Assembly (NCBI GenBank): GCA_902779035.1
Contig: CACZAH010000002.1
Coordinates: 16,688 to 80,687, forward strand
Reading direction: 5' to 3'
Source: an uncultured Erysipelotrichaceae bacterium
GTDB lineage: Bacteria; Bacillota_I; Bacilli_A; RF39; UBA660
DNA: 64,000 nucleotides
In this document: piece after piece, positions 26,609 through 37,404 of the stretch
Layout: each line of letters begins with the position of its first letter
How positions within the stretch are numbered: position 1 is the first letter of the stretch
Position numbers and translations under genes: made by a program
Notes under the pieces: model-generated
What the model saw: only the letters and a program-made list of their open reading frames with translations
What the model was told of the DNA's origin: nothing
Databases searched by the model: none

Positions 26609-28069
26609 ATGCGTATTTATAAAACTGTGGATAAGAATATAGATTATATTAAAAATATTAATCATAATAGTAGTGATATTGTATCTAGAATAATAACTAA
26701 TAATAATATAAAAATAGGATATGTATATTTAGAAAGCGTAACTAGTGATGATAAAGTAAGTGAGTTTTTAAATAAAAGCATTATAGGTAAGAATACCCAA
26801 GATATATTTAGTAATATTGAAGATAGTATTTATAATAGTCATATTACCACTTTAAAAGAATTAGATAATATATTTTACTATTTATCATCTGGTTTTACAG
26901 TAATATTTATAGATAATTATGATATGTGTATTACAGTTGAAACTAGGATGAGTTTGGATAGGGGAGTTAGTGAGGCAACAAGTGAGCCTATAGTTAGAGG
27001 TCCTAAAGATAGTTTTACTGAGAATAATGCTATTAACTTAGGTTTAATTAGAAAAAGAATTAAAGATGAAAACTTAATCTTTGATGAAGTAAAAGTTGGT
27101 AAACGTACTAAAACTAAGGTAAGTGTTGCTTATATAAAGGATATAACTAATAGTAAAAATGTAATTAAAGTAATTGATAAACTTAAAAGTATAGATATAG
27201 ATGGAATATTAGATAGTGGTTATGTAAGAGAGTTTTTACGTGATCAATCAAGTACAGTATTTCCTGGAATGATTAGTACAGAACGACCTGACCTAGCTTG
27301 TACGTCATTACTAGATGGTAAGATAGTTGTACTTGTTGAAAATACTCCTTATGTATTAATAATGCCTGGTTTATTTATTGATTACTTTCATTCTCCTGAA
27401 GATAATTACGAGAAGCCTATTAATGCATCTTTCTTAAGATTACTTAGAATACTATGTTTTATAATTACAATATCTGTTCCTGCTTTATACGTTGCCTTAA
27501 TGACTTTTAATCCAGAAATAATACCTGATGAACTACTCATATCTCTCGCACTACAAAGAGATGGAGTTCCTTTTCCAACTGCTCTTGAAATACTTATATT
27601 TGTAATTGTATTTGAAATACTTAGACAAGCTGATGTTCACTCGCCAACAGTTAGTGGATCGGCTATGAATATAGTTGGAGCCTTAATACTTGGAGATGCG
27701 GCAGTAAATGCAGGAATAGTATCTCCTATCGCAATTATAATAGTTGCAGTTACATCTATTTGTGAACTAGTATTTTATGATGTAGATATGATTAATGCAG
27801 TAAGATTCTGGAGAATAATATTTATAATTGCATCTTTATTCTTAGGTATTATTGGTTTTGTATCATGTATGTTTATATTTGTAACTAAACTCTCTAGCAT
27901 TGTATCTTTAGATATACCTTACTTAACCCCTATAAGTCCTCTATCTACAACAGGTATAAAGAACTATTTATTTAGAATAAAGAGAACTAAGTTAAATAAT
28001 CGAGCTAAGTATTTAACTCGTAATATTAAAAGGATGGTGAGTCATGAAAAGACTAATACTAGTAATTAG
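26609..28069 (+). CDS. Spore germination receptor subunit A (GerA/GerKA family)
   Basis: The soluble N-terminal domain plus a C-terminal membrane domain with PFPTALEILIFVIVFEILRQADVHSPTVSGSAMNIVGALILGDAAV is typical of the GerAA family. The operon order A-C-B matches gerK. Confidence 0.85.
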   Translation: MRIYKTVDKNIDYIKNINHNSSDIVSRIITNNNIKIGYVYLESVTSDDKVSEFLNKSIIGKNTQDIFSNIEDSIYNSHITTLKELDNIFYYLSSGFTVIFIDNYDMCITVETRMSLDRGVSEATSEPIVRGPKDSFTENNAINLGLIRKRIKDENLIFDEVKVGKRTKTKVSVAYIKDITNSKNVIKVIDKLKSIDIDGILDSGYVREFLRDQSSTVFPGMISTERPDLACTSLLDGKIVVLVENTPYVLIMPGLFIDYFHSPEDNYEKPINASFLRLLRILCFIITISVPALYVALMTFNPEIIPDELLISLALQRDGVPFPTALEILIFVIVFEILRQADVHSPTVSGSAMNIVGALILGDAAVNAGIVSPIAIIIVAVTSICELVFYDVDMINAVRFWRIIFIIASLFLGIIGFVSCMFIFVTKLSSIVSLDIPYLTPISPLSTTGIKNYLFRIKRTKLNNRAKYLTRNIKRMVSHEKTNTSN

Positions 28070-29216
28070 TTTAATCATTATATGTACAGGGTGTTTTAAT
28101 TACAGTGAACTAAATGATTATGCTATCGCAACAGGTATGGCTATTGATAAGTCTGATGATGGATATGAGGTTAGTATGCTTATTTCTAATTCACCTAAAT
28201 CTAGTGAAAAGAATTATACAACAGTAGTATATAGCGGTAAAGGTAAAACTATATATGAAGCAATTAAAGAGATAGGTCTAATTTCTCCTAAAGAGTTATA
28301 CATAGGTCATCTATCAATACTTATAATATCAGATAGTGTTGCTAAAGATGGAATTAATTCCGTACTAGAGTTCTTACTACAAGAGCCTCGTTCTAAGAAA
28401 AACTTTTATGTCGCACTTTCTAAAGATAATAAAGCAAAAGATGTATTATCAATAACTTCTCCATTAACAGACTTTCCATCACAGAATCTAGCTACCAATC
28501 TTAAGGATACAACTAATTTACAAGGAAGTATAAGTGCGATAGATTTTAATACTCTTTTATATAAACTTGTAAATAAAGGAGTAGATCTTACTTTAAATGG
28601 ATTTGTTATTGTAGGAGATATTAAAGATGGAGTTAAAGAGTCAAATATGGAAACTAATAAGCCTGCATCTTATATAAAGTTAACTAATCAAGCCATATTT
28701 AAAAATGATAAATTAATTGCTTGGGCTAATAAAAACGAGAGTAGGGGAATTAATATTATTAATGATAAGATTCATGAGATGTATATTAAAGTTAAATGTG
28801 ATAATGGATTTATTGTAGTTGATACTAATACTTTAGAAACTAAAAAAAGTGTTGATAAAAAAGGTGATGTAACACTAAATACTACAGGTAAAGCATCTAT
28901 TAGCGAGATTACATGTGATATAGATCTTACTAAGCCTAGTAATATTAAAAGAATAGAAAATAAAGTTAATAATAAAATACAAGATTTAGAATTAAAAGCA
29001 ATTAATCTAAGCAAGAAATATTCTACTGATATATTTGGTATAGGTCTTATGTATTATCAAGATTATCCACATATTTATAATAAGATTAAAGATTATGATA
29101 AGTTTTATAAAAATATTAAGTTTAAAAGCAATGTAGATATAAAGATTAATACATCTGGTTCTATTAAACAAACTCTAAAGAATATAGAAGGGAGTAGATA
29201 TGAAGAAGATAACTAA
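28044..29216 (+). CDS. Spore germination receptor subunit C lipoprotein (GerAC/GerKC family)
   Basis: The lipobox LIIICTGC and the family-typical size. The start overlaps gerA-like by 26 nt. Confidence 0.75.
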   Translation: MKRLILVISLIIICTGCFNYSELNDYAIATGMAIDKSDDGYEVSMLISNSPKSSEKNYTTVVYSGKGKTIYEAIKEIGLISPKELYIGHLSILIISDSVAKDGINSVLEFLLQEPRSKKNFYVALSKDNKAKDVLSITSPLTDFPSQNLATNLKDTTNLQGSISAIDFNTLLYKLVNKGVDLTLNGFVIVGDIKDGVKESNMETNKPASYIKLTNQAIFKNDKLIAWANKNESRGINIINDKIHEMYIKVKCDNGFIVVDTNTLETKKSVDKKGDVTLNTTGKASISEITCDIDLTKPSNIKRIENKVNNKIQDLELKAINLSKKYSTDIFGIGLMYYQDYPHIYNKIKDYDKFYKNIKFKSNVDIKINTSGSIKQTLKNIEGSRYEEDN

Positions 29217-30300
29217 CTTACAATTAGGCTCACTAGTATTCTTTTTAATGCATGCATATTTTATTGGTATTACTTTTAGTTCTATTATTGTATCTTTAAA
29301 GCAAGACTCTTACCTTGGTATTATAGTAGGTTCTATTATAGGTTTTATACCACTATTAATTTACTTATATATATTTAATTATGAACCTAATCTAAATCTA
29401 AATGAGAAGAATATAAAGTTATTTGGTAAGTATATCGGTAATATATTAAATATAATTATTACTATATTTACATTTTTAATTATTACAATTGTATTCAGTA
29501 ATCTAGTTACTATAATACATACTGATTACTTAAGTAAAACCCCTATAATACTTCTTATTATTACTTTCTTAATACCTATATATTATTCTGTTTATACAGG
29601 AATAAAATCTATCTGTAGAGCATCTTTAATATTCTTCTATATGACAATAATTCTAATAATAATATCTAATTTAGGATTACTTATCCAAGTAGATATAAAT
29701 AACTTTAAACCATTCTTTTACAATAACTCTAATCTACTTAATGGAAGTATATATTTTGCTATATATAATGTTACTCCTCTTTATTTAATTAATATAATAC
29801 CTAAGAATGATATTATGAATAACAATAAGACTACTAAGTATATAATTATATTCTATTTATTATCAGTTATATCATTACTTGCAGTATCATTAAATATTAT
29901 TGGAATATTTGGTATAAGACTTACTAGTATGTATCAGTATCCTGAGTTTCAAATACTAAAACATGTATCTATTATAGGTATATCATCTAGAATAGATAGT
30001 ATATTATTTATAACATGGATATTTTCAATACTTATATTTGTAATAGTAGGACTATATTATGTAGTTAGTACATCACACTCTCTAATAAAAGAAAAAAACA
30101 ATATATTTTTAACAATATATTGTATATTAATATTATCACTTACACTCTTAGTACCTAATGATTTATTTATTAACTTTCTATCTATTAAGATACTACCACC
30201 AATAATAATTATATTTACCCTTACAGTATTTATATTAATGTATCTTAAAATTAATTATACCAGTAAAGTAAAGCGCACAAAGAGTACCTGCAACAAGTAG
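29200..30300 (+). CDS. Spore germination receptor subunit B (GerAB/GerKB, APC-superfamily permease-like)
   Basis: A polytopic membrane protein with ~10 TM helices. It sits in the operon and overlaps the C-subunit gene. Confidence 0.7.
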   Translation: MKKITNLQLGSLVFFLMHAYFIGITFSSIIVSLKQDSYLGIIVGSIIGFIPLLIYLYIFNYEPNLNLNEKNIKLFGKYIGNILNIIITIFTFLIITIVFSNLVTIIHTDYLSKTPIILLIITFLIPIYYSVYTGIKSICRASLIFFYMTIILIIISNLGLLIQVDINNFKPFFYNNSNLLNGSIYFAIYNVTPLYLINIIPKNDIMNNNKTTKYIIIFYLLSVISLLAVSLNIIGIFGIRLTSMYQYPEFQILKHVSIIGISSRIDSILFITWIFSILIFVIVGLYYVVSTSHSLIKEKNNIFLTIYCILILSLTLLVPNDLFINFLSIKILPPIIIIFTLTVFILMYLKINYTSKVKRTKSTCNK

Positions 30301-31068
30301 ACAAATAATTATTGCGATAATTATTTTTTTCTTTTTACTATGTTTACGAGCAAGTAATTCATCAAAATCTTCATCATCAAAATCAAAAGTATTAGTAAAG
30401 AATGATTTATCTAATTCTTTAGTATCATCTTTTTTTATTTCTTCCTTATCTTGTTCAATTACTTTTTTAATAGATGAATCTCCTACCATAGTATCAGCTT
30501 TAAGTGAATCTAGTAATAATGCATCATCACCTAACTTATTAAGATTACTTGTATTATGAATAGATTTAATCATATCTTTTAATTCTAATTCACTATTCTT
30601 ATACTCTTTCTTATGCAGATTTAAATTATTTAAATCAGTATATTCTAAATTCTTAAGATTCCTATTTTTACTATCTGACTCATTATAATCATCAAGAGCT
30701 TTATTAAGTACATCAGATAAATCATAGTTCTTAGGCTCTTCTATTTCTTTTTCAACTTCTAACTTACTAGGCTCAACATCCATAATATCATAAGATTCTA
30801 TATTATCTTTTTTAGATGGAATATCAATATTAAGACTACTCTTATCAATAGTTTGACGAAGTTTACGTTCTTTTTTATAAGCCTCTCTATCACTTACAAT
30901 ACTCTTTAACTTAGATAAATCAATCTCATTAGCCCTACTTACAGATTTCAAAGAATCAATCTCACTACGAGATTCATTATGTACTCTTTTATATAAATCC
31001 TTATTCTTTCTACTACGTTCCATAGAAGAATTGCTAGAATTATAATACCTATCCATTCTACTTGCCAT
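30235..31068 (-). CDS. Highly charged Ser/Lys/Asp/Glu-rich protein with a single C-terminal TM anchor (tail-anchored), hypothetical
   Basis: The C-terminus KKKKIIIAIIICLLVAGTLCALYFTGIINFKIH is a TM segment. The rest is low-complexity and charged. Confidence 0.4.
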   Translation of the reverse strand: MASRMDRYYNSSNSSMERSRKNKDLYKRVHNESRSEIDSLKSVSRANEIDLSKLKSIVSDREAYKKERKLRQTIDKSSLNIDIPSKKDNIESYDIMDVEPSKLEVEKEIEEPKNYDLSDVLNKALDDYNESDSKNRNLKNLEYTDLNNLNLHKKEYKNSELELKDMIKSIHNTSNLNKLGDDALLLDSLKADTMVGDSSIKKVIEQDKEEIKKDDTKELDKSFFTNTFDFDDEDFDELLARKHSKKKKIIIAIIICLLVAGTLCALYFTGIINFKIH

Positions 31069-31204
31069 ACCATCACCTTAATTCTTACATATAATATATC
31101 ATAAAATGTAATATTTTGAAAGTAGTTAGTTAAATATTTAAAATTTTTAAAGATACATTGATTTTTTCCAGCATGTCATTTATAATTGACTTAAGGAGGA
31201 TAGT

Positions 31205-31399
31205 ATGAAAGTTAAAGTTGATAAAGATACTTGCATAGGATGTGGAGCATGCCAAGCAATATGCAGTGATGTATTTGAATATGGTGATGATGGAATTATG
31301 GATGTTAAAGTTGATGTAGTTCCGGATGAATTTACTGATGATGTAATGGACGCTAAAGATGGATGTCCTGTAGATGCTATTAAAGTAGAAGAAAACTAA
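31205..31399 (+). CDS. Small single-cluster ferredoxin
   Basis: CIGCGACQAIC plus a distal CPVDAI; 64 aa; AGGAGGA RBS. Confidence 0.85.
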   Translation: MKVKVDKDTCIGCGACQAICSDVFEYGDDGIMDVKVDVVPDEFTDDVMDAKDGCPVDAIKVEEN

Positions 31400-31422
31400 T
31401 TCGTGCTTGAATTAGTTTTTGT

Positions 31423-32745
31423 TTATTCCTTTATCATAAATACTGCATAAAGAGGTATAGATTTAATATTATTTTTTTCGCTATAACCAAAATCTTTTGT
31501 ACTTATTCTGATTGAATACTTTGGTTTATAGTTATTATTATAAACACTTAAACTTTTAGATTGTGTATTATCACCGGATTTAACTTCTACTGGAATAATT
31601 CCATCTTTCGTATAAAGTAAGAAATCAACCTCAGCAGTAGCATCACTTTTCCAATAGTATAAATCAAATCCATTACATACCAATTGGTTTGCAACATAAT
31701 TTTCAGCAATTATTCCTTTATATAGCGAAATATTATCAGTTAATATATCCTCAACTCTAATTTTTAAAATATTGTTTAAAATCCCTATATCACTTAAATA
31801 TAATTTAAAAGTATCATCATCAACAAATCCTTCTAATGGAATATCTGGATTTTTTACACACTTACATTTTATAACCATGTTACTTGCTTCTAACCAATTA
31901 AGTGATGTTGCATAATCTCTAGTACGTGCATCCTTAGATATATTTGAATATTGAAACTTTTTAGATACATTAGATAACTGCGATGGTAGAGAATTATATA
32001 ATCTTTTAATTCTTAATGCTTCTACATCATTTGTCACATATTTATTCATATCATTAAAATATGATTCTAATATATCATTTACAATTGTTGTATCATAGTT
32101 GATATAATCACCTTTTATATCTACCATATTTTGAATACTCTCTGGCATTCCACCAGTAATTAGATAGGTTCTATATAAACTTAATGCTTTATTATGAATT
32201 GGCTCTGTCATAGACTTATTATTGTTATAGCAATCTTTAATGCATTCAATCAAATAATCTTCTCCCATAGACATTAAAAACTCTTCAAAATCCATTGGAT
32301 ACAATTTAAGCAGTTTTACCTTACCAACTGGAAATGATGATTTTAAACGTTTTAGTTTTACACCTAACAAAGAACCGGCACAAACAATTCTAACATTATT
32401 ATGTTTTTCACAAAAATATTTTAATTCTGATATAAGTTTTTCTGATTCTTGTATTTCATCAATAAACAAAATTGAATCTTCTTTATCTAAATCAAATTTA
32501 AGAATTGCCTTTAATCTTAAATATTTTTCATTTGAATCTAAATCTGACTCATATAAGTTTTTTATTATATCATTCTCTAATAAATTAACATACTTATAAT
32601 TTTGATACTCATTTTTACAAAATTTTTCAATTATATATGTTTTACCAGCCTGTCTAACCCCCAATACCATTAAAGGTTTTATGTTTCTAGTATTATTTTT
32701 CCAATCTAGTAATTTAGCATATATTTTTCTTTTCACTCGCATCAC
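31423..32745 (-). CDS. AAA+ ATPase of the AAA_14/DUF4143 family
   Basis: Walker A LGVRQAGKTY; Walker B SILFIDEIQ; C-terminal DUF4143-like region. Confidence 0.7.
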   Translation of the reverse strand: MMRVKRKIYAKLLDWKNNTRNIKPLMVLGVRQAGKTYIIEKFCKNEYQNYKYVNLLENDIIKNLYESDLDSNEKYLRLKAILKFDLDKEDSILFIDEIQESEKLISELKYFCEKHNNVRIVCAGSLLGVKLKRLKSSFPVGKVKLLKLYPMDFEEFLMSMGEDYLIECIKDCYNNNKSMTEPIHNKALSLYRTYLITGGMPESIQNMVDIKGDYINYDTTIVNDILESYFNDMNKYVTNDVEALRIKRLYNSLPSQLSNVSKKFQYSNISKDARTRDYATSLNWLEASNMVIKCKCVKNPDIPLEGFVDDDTFKLYLSDIGILNNILKIRVEDILTDNISLYKGIIAENYVANQLVCNGFDLYYWKSDATAEVDFLLYTKDGIIPVEVKSGDNTQSKSLSVYNNNYKPKYSIRISTKDFGYSEKNNIKSIPLYAVFMIKE

Positions 32746-32889
32746 CTATATATATCTTAGCACATTATTCTATTAATTTCAATATAATTTCACGATATTC
32801 GAATAACATTTTTTGTTGTTTCACACGTTTTCCAAAGCACTTTTTAATTACTTTTTCACGGTTTACTAAGAATATTAAAAGCAAAGAGA

Positions 32890-33612
32890 TTAATTCTTTG
32901 CTTCGTTATATAGTTTCTTCACTTCATGGATAGATAACTGTCTATAATCCCCAGATGATAATCCATCTACTGTTAAAAAGGAAATACGTTCTCTTTTTAA
33001 TTTAATAACATTATATCCTAGTGCTTTAAACATATTCTTAACCTGGTGATTACGTCCTTCATGAATTGTTAATTCAACAACTGTAGTATTAGTTTTTTTA
33101 TCTGCTCTTAATATTTTAGCTTTGCTTTTAGCAGTTTTTTCCCCATCTATTACTACACCATTTTCTAAAGTTCTAAGATTACCTTTAGTAATTAATCCTT
33201 CTATTTTGGTAATATATACTTTATCTATATTATTCTTAGGATGTGTAAGTAAATTAGCTAACTCTCCATCATTAGTTAGTATTAATAAACCTGTAGTATC
33301 ATAATCAAGTCTACCTACTGGATATATTCGAGTGTTTGTATCTATTATATCAACAACAGTCTTTCTACCTTTATCATCAGTAGTACTTGTAATAACACCA
33401 CGAGGTTTATTAAGTAGATAATATACTTTATCCTGCTTTTCATTTATTGCATTCCCTTCAACCTCAATATAATCATTACCACTTACCTTATCACCAAGGC
33501 TTGCAATATTTCCATTTATATATACTAACCCTTTTTTTATTAATTCTTCTGCTTTTCTTCTCGAACAATATCCTGAGGCTGCGATTACTTTTTGTACTCT
33601 TTCCACCGACAT
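32890..33612 (-). CDS. Pseudouridine synthase, RsuA/RluB family (S4 domain + catalytic domain)
   Basis: The S4 domain SGYCSRRKAEELIKKGLVYING and the catalytic-Asp motif PVGRLDYDTTGLLILTNDG. Confidence 0.85.
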   Translation of the reverse strand: MSVERVQKVIAASGYCSRRKAEELIKKGLVYINGNIASLGDKVSGNDYIEVEGNAINEKQDKVYYLLNKPRGVITSTTDDKGRKTVVDIIDTNTRIYPVGRLDYDTTGLLILTNDGELANLLTHPKNNIDKVYITKIEGLITKGNLRTLENGVVIDGEKTAKSKAKILRADKKTNTTVVELTIHEGRNHQVKNMFKALGYNVIKLKRERISFLTVDGLSSGDYRQLSIHEVKKLYNEAKN

Positions 33613-33647
33613 CACCACATTGATTATACATTAAATAGTCTAATGTG

Positions 33648-34211
33648 TCAAAACAAAATATTTGTGATTATTATACTTGCAATTATCCCTATTAAATCTG
33701 CACATAATCCTGCCCAAAGTGCATATCTTATTTTTTTAATTCCTACACTACCAAAGTACAAAGTTATTACATATAAGGTAGTATCAGTTGAGCCTTGCAT
33801 AACTGAAGCAAGTAATCCTACAAATGAATCAGGTCCATGATTATCATAAATGCTATTTAAAAGAGCAAGTGATGCACTTCCAGATATTGGACGTATTGCA
33901 GCTAAAGGAAGTATTTCTAATGGTACATTTAGTTTATAAAAAAGCGGTTTAAATAAGCCTAATACAAATGATAAGAATCCACTATCAATTAATATATTAA
34001 CTCCAAGTATCATAGCTAGAAAGGTTGGAAAAAGACTCATTATCATTCCTACTGAATCCTTAGAACCATCTAAGAAAGTATCATATACTGGTACTTTTTT
34101 TCTTACTCCATATATTATTATTAATAAAACTATTAAAGGTATTATTAAATTAGAAATATATTTAATGATGATACCACTTTGTAAATATTTTATCCACAAA
34201 TATTCCTCCAA
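33648..34211 (-). CDS. spmB: Spore maturation protein B (nucleoside-transporter-like membrane protein)
   Basis: A polytopic membrane protein located immediately after spmA and dacB, matching the conserved dacB-spmA-spmB operon. Confidence 0.7.
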   Translation of the reverse strand: MEEYLWIKYLQSGIIIKYISNLIIPLIVLLIIIYGVRKKVPVYDTFLDGSKDSVGMIMSLFPTFLAMILGVNILIDSGFLSFVLGLFKPLFYKLNVPLEILPLAAIRPISGSASLALLNSIYDNHGPDSFVGLLASVMQGSTDTTLYVITLYFGSVGIKKIRYALWAGLCADLIGIIASIIITNILF

Positions 34212-34752
34212 TCGTTGAACATGTAGTACCTATGATGCAGGCAAGAAGTATAGATGTAGGATTTACACTCTTATACATCATACGCATAGATATAATAGTT
34301 GTTGGAACGAGTGTTACTCCACTAGTATTAATTATTAAGAATGTAATCATAGACCTGCTTGCAGTATCTTTCTTTTTGTTTAGATTTTGTAACGATTCCA
34401 TAGCCTTTAACCCAAAAGGAGTAGCCGCACTACCTAGTCCAAATACGTTAGCTATTATATTACTTGCTATATAACTTAATGACTCATGTCCAGCAGGTAT
34501 TTCAGGAAATAATTTAGTAAGAACTGGTGAAATTAAATTTGAAAATTTATCTAATAGTTTAGATTTTTCTGCAATGTTCATAAGTCCCATCCAAAGAGCA
34601 AGCACCGGAAATATTTGAATAATCATATCAAGACTAGTTTTTGAACTTTCCATTATTGTATTATTAACAACATCTACATTATTAGTTACAATTGCATATA
34701 TAATTCCACAAAATATAAATATAGTCCAAATTATATTTACCACAAACGCCAC
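34162..34752 (-). CDS. spmA: Spore maturation protein A
   Basis: A Gate-domain-like membrane protein. It overlaps the dacB stop and sits in the operon context. Confidence 0.7.
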   Translation of the reverse strand: MAFVVNIIWTIFIFCGIIYAIVTNNVDVVNNTIMESSKTSLDMIIQIFPVLALWMGLMNIAEKSKLLDKFSNLISPVLTKLFPEIPAGHESLSYIASNIIANVFGLGSAATPFGLKAMESLQNLNKKKDTASRSMITFLIINTSGVTLVPTTIISMRMMYKSVNPTSILLACIIGTTCSTIGGIFVDKIFTKWYHH

Positions 34753-35789
34753 TTCTTCTTATTCTTTGTTTTTAACTTTGCATATATAGGAGCACTGTAT
34801 ATTTGTTTATCTCCTAAGTTTACTATAACACTTCCAACATTCTCTCTATTCTTTATTTTCTTAATCTTTTTTATTTTATATTTAATATTAATAGATTCTT
34901 TCTCACTATCATCTAGTATATATTTAAAGTCTTCTTTTATATATAAGTTATAGTCTTTATAATAATTCTCATTATAGATATTGATATATCCTTTTTTTAA
35001 AATAGAATAGCTTTTATAATTCTCAAATCCATAATCAAATAAATCCATATGATCTTTAAAATCATTACCATCATTAAGAGTTACGGCAACTAAATTTGTA
35101 TTATCTTTAGAAGCTGTTGTTACAAGTGTCCTTTTAGCAATCTTAGTATATCCTGTTTTACCACCTGTTGTATATTTATAAAGTCTAAGTAATTTATGTT
35201 TGTTATGCCAAATATAAGTATTTTTATTTGTTTCTAACTTATACTCTTTTGTCTTAACTATCTTTCTATAATCACTAATTTTCATTGCATAACTAGTAAG
35301 TATTGCCATATCATATGCAGTTGAATAATTGGCTTTATCTTCATCAAGTCCACTAGGATTATTAAATTTACTATTTTTCATACCTATTTCTTTCGCTTTA
35401 TGATTCATCATTATAATAAAGTTATCAACACTACCACCTACATAATCAGCAATAGCTAGAGCTGCATCATTACCACTTCTAAGCATTAATCCATATATTA
35501 AATCTCTTAACTTCATCTTTTCTCCAATTTTAATGTATATAGCAGATCCATATGCTTTATTTATTGAACTATTTATTTTTACCTCTTCATCTAATTTACC
35601 TGATTCTATAGCTAGAACAGCTGTCATTATTTTAGATATACTTGCAACAGAACTTACTTCATGAATATTTTTAGAATATATTATTCTATTATTATCTGTA
35701 TCCATTAGTATAGCAGATTGAGCAGTGGTACTTATACCTTTTACTATGAAAGGAAGCAGTAGTGTAATTATCAGTATTATTTTTTTCAT
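34737..35789 (-). CDS. dacB: D-alanyl-D-alanine carboxypeptidase (sporulation-type PBP5*)
   Basis: Signal peptide; the SxxK motif (ASISKIMT); the SxN motif (LRSGND); ~350 aa. Followed by spmAB. Confidence 0.8.
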   Translation of the reverse strand: MKKIILIITLLLPFIVKGISTTAQSAILMDTDNNRIIYSKNIHEVSSVASISKIMTAVLAIESGKLDEEVKINSSINKAYGSAIYIKIGEKMKLRDLIYGLMLRSGNDAALAIADYVGGSVDNFIIMMNHKAKEIGMKNSKFNNPSGLDEDKANYSTAYDMAILTSYAMKISDYRKIVKTKEYKLETNKNTYIWHNKHKLLRLYKYTTGGKTGYTKIAKRTLVTTASKDNTNLVAVTLNDGNDFKDHMDLFDYGFENYKSYSILKKGYINIYNENYYKDYNLYIKEDFKYILDDSEKESINIKYKIKKIKKIKNRENVGSVIVNLGDKQIYSAPIYAKLKTKNKKKWRLW

Positions 35790-35825
35790 ATGTCACCTAC
35801 ATAAGTATATGAAAAAAAATACTAG

Positions 35826-36503
35826 TTATGCCTTGTAATAATTAATTAATACATCACTAATATTTTTAGCAATCCTTTTGTGATACCATTTCTGTCTTAA
35901 TAAGTATCTATCATTAGCATTAGATAAAAAACCTATTTCAATAAGTACTCCTGGTATAGTAATTTTCCTATTAAGTAACATTGTTTTAATTTCTTTAACC
36001 TCTCTTTTAGTATTTAAATTTTTCTTAAAATGTGCCTGAAATAATTTAGCAATCTCTAGATTTTTACTATTTACGTCATCATAAAATACTTGTGCCCCAT
36101 GCCAGGTAGTTGACGATACTGAATTTAGATGAATTGATATATACATATCCGCACCTGAACCATTTATGATTTTAGCTCTGTTATTTAAATCACTTCTTTT
36201 TCTCGCGCCGGTTCTCATATAGCTTAAATCGTAATCCCCATATCTAGTCATATATACTGTAGCTCCTAAACTCTCTAATTGTTCTTTTATGGCAAAGCAT
36301 ATATCTAAATTAATATCTTTTTCATAGATATCTTTATAAATAGAACCTGGATCTAAACCACCATGTCCTGCATCTATATAAAATGTGCGACCAAATAATG
36401 GAAGAGATGTAGCTTTAATTTTATATAGTCCACCAATAAGTAATAAAAATATAAATACTAAAAAAACATATAGTTTGTTTGATTTGTGTTTATATATAAA
36501 CAT
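35826..36503 (-). CDS. cwlD: N-acetylmuramoyl-L-alanine amidase (Amidase_3), CwlD-like
   Basis: An N-terminal TM; FYIDAGHGGLDPGS (zinc ligands); a C-terminal E...H pattern. ~225 aa, matching CwlD. Confidence 0.7.
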   Translation of the reverse strand: MFIYKHKSNKLYVFLVFIFLLLIGGLYKIKATSLPLFGRTFYIDAGHGGLDPGSIYKDIYEKDINLDICFAIKEQLESLGATVYMTRYGDYDLSYMRTGARKRSDLNNRAKIINGSGADMYISIHLNSVSSTTWHGAQVFYDDVNSKNLEIAKLFQAHFKKNLNTKREVKEIKTMLLNRKITIPGVLIEIGFLSNANDRYLLRQKWYHKRIAKNISDVLINYYKA

Positions 36504-36530
36504 AAAATCACCTATTTAACTATATGTCTT

Positions 36531-37316
36531 TTATCTAACATTTTGAGTATTTTGTTCCCCTTGATAATATATTTGATTATATTCGATTTTATTTCTTTCT
36601 GCTTGGCCATTAGGATTTGCTTCAAAAGCATCGTATTGACCATTCTGTATTGCTTGATGTAATTGTCTATCATTATTTGTATAATTATATAAATTAGCAT
36701 TTTTAGATGAATATTGTTGACTGTTGTTCAGTGTCTCTTGTGCATCAGCCATAACTGCAACTGAATGTACAACAACAGAACCTAAAACTATTGTAACAGC
36801 CGCCCCCAAAGTACACAATGCAATTTTAACTTTTTTATTATTAAAGACCTTTCTAATTGTAGGCATATAATTCTTACCTCTATACCTTGAATTATTTTTA
36901 GATTGATAATTATCATTTGGCTGAGAATATTTGTCATTTATGACCATTGCATTTTTTGATAATTCAATCAATTCTTTTAAAGCCATATTATAATTATTTT
37001 TAAATTCCTCTCTTACACATTCATTTGGAAATAATAAATGAAGTTTTATTTGTCTATCACTTGAATTAAATATATAATCTATATATTTATCTGGATTAAT
37101 ATCTTCATAACCAGTTGGATATTCATTTTTACTAGATATATACCAATTATTATTTTTTAGTAACTCAACTAACTTATCAATAGTAACTAAATCATCTTTA
37201 AGCTCTAATCCCGCAAACATTTTTCTAAACGTTAAATCAATATCATTATTATCTTTTATATCTCTAATATTAATTCCAGCAACATCATTTCCAAATTTAA
37301 GTGTCATTAAACTCAT
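36531..37316 (-). CDS. Hypothetical bitopic membrane protein with a Gln/Asn-rich C-terminal region
   Basis: An N-terminal domain, the TM segment KVKIALCTLGAAVTIVLGSVVVHSVAV, and a Q/N/Y-rich tail. Confidence 0.35.
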   Translation of the reverse strand: MSLMTLKFGNDVAGINIRDIKDNNDIDLTFRKMFAGLELKDDLVTIDKLVELLKNNNWYISSKNEYPTGYEDINPDKYIDYIFNSSDRQIKLHLLFPNECVREEFKNNYNMALKELIELSKNAMVINDKYSQPNDNYQSKNNSRYRGKNYMPTIRKVFNNKKVKIALCTLGAAVTIVLGSVVVHSVAVMADAQETLNNSQQYSSKNANLYNYTNNDRQLHQAIQNGQYDAFEANPNGQAERNKIEYNQIYYQGEQNTQNVR

Positions 37317-37404
37317 ATTATCACTACCTCTTCTATTATTAATTTACTATTATTATTTATAAAAGTCAATATAAAAATGTCAAACTAATTACAATTTGGC
37401 ACTT

